The notes below the pieces were generated by a model that searched no databases, had not been told where the DNA came from, and saw nothing but the letters and a program-made list of their open reading frames with translations. The position numbers and the translations under genes are program-made. Of a DNA stretch of 64,000 bases, positions 63,700 to 64,000 are shown piece by piece. This DNA is from Mustelus asterias (lineage: Eukaryota), in NCBI RefSeq assembly GCF_964213995.1, contig NW_027590140.1:992001-1056000 (forward strand), written 5' to 3'. Every line of letters starts with the position of its first letter. Position 1 is the first letter of the stretch.

Positions 63700-63738
63700 A
63701 GTTTTTGTACAGGGTTGGCGCTGTTTTCAATTACTGTG
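63700..63738 (-). other. 23-bp-spacer RSS
   Basis: CACAGTA + 23 nt + ACAAAAACT. Confidence 0.92.
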
Positions 63739-64000
63739 AGTCCCAGGGCGCAGTAATACACGGCAGCGTTAATCGGCTGCAAGTCCATGATGGTTAACCT
63801 TGTGGTGGAGTGTGACAGCTGCAGGTCTGAAGCAAAACGGTTTCCTAACGCCGAGCCTTTCCATTCCACGGTATCCCAAGACCTTCTCCATACAATAAAT
63901 TGGGGCTCCTTCGCTGGTTGCTGCAGGTACCAATGTACATAGTACCAACCTTCTGTAGTGCTATAGGTACATTTTATAGTCACGGCTTCACCTTCTCTCA
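63739..64000 (-). CDS. TCR delta/alpha variable gene segment (5' end beyond window)
   Basis: EGEAVTIKCTYS..YVHWYLQQPAKEPQFI..NRF..LTI..AAVYYCALG: both Cys and the Trp are intact, open frame, followed by RSS. Confidence 0.92.

Overview
Eukaryotic, repeat-rich genomic DNA, most likely from a shark or other elasmobranch (HE1-type SINEs, many CR1 LINEs, Penelope-like elements, shark-type GPR139-like gene). Bases 1-38,000 are a duplicated, mostly decayed tRNA gene cluster: 2 intact Leu-AAG genes, 1 near-intact Glu-TTC, and about 20 pseudogenes of Pro, Glu, Val, Leu, Asn, Cys, Ser, Lys and Arg, including two Pro-TGG copies with an 18-nt intron. From about 26 kb onward this cluster is interleaved with T-cell-receptor alpha/delta-type V gene segments. 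Three carry clear 23-bp-spacer RSSs: one is a point-mutated pseudogene, one is split by a young CR1 and preceded by a phased CRE (TGACGTCA) minisatellite, and one is open as far as visible and inverted at the window end. Two further V relics are weaker calls. The window also holds a two-exon GPR139-like pseudogene, a 3'-truncated endogenous retrovirus (LTR, tRNA-His PBS, gag with two zinc knuckles, pro, RT with foamy-like motifs), minimal hammerhead-ribozyme cores in Penelope repeats, and an isolated EMC4-like exon that the ORF track misses. All calls were made by eye without database searches; repeat boundaries are approximate.
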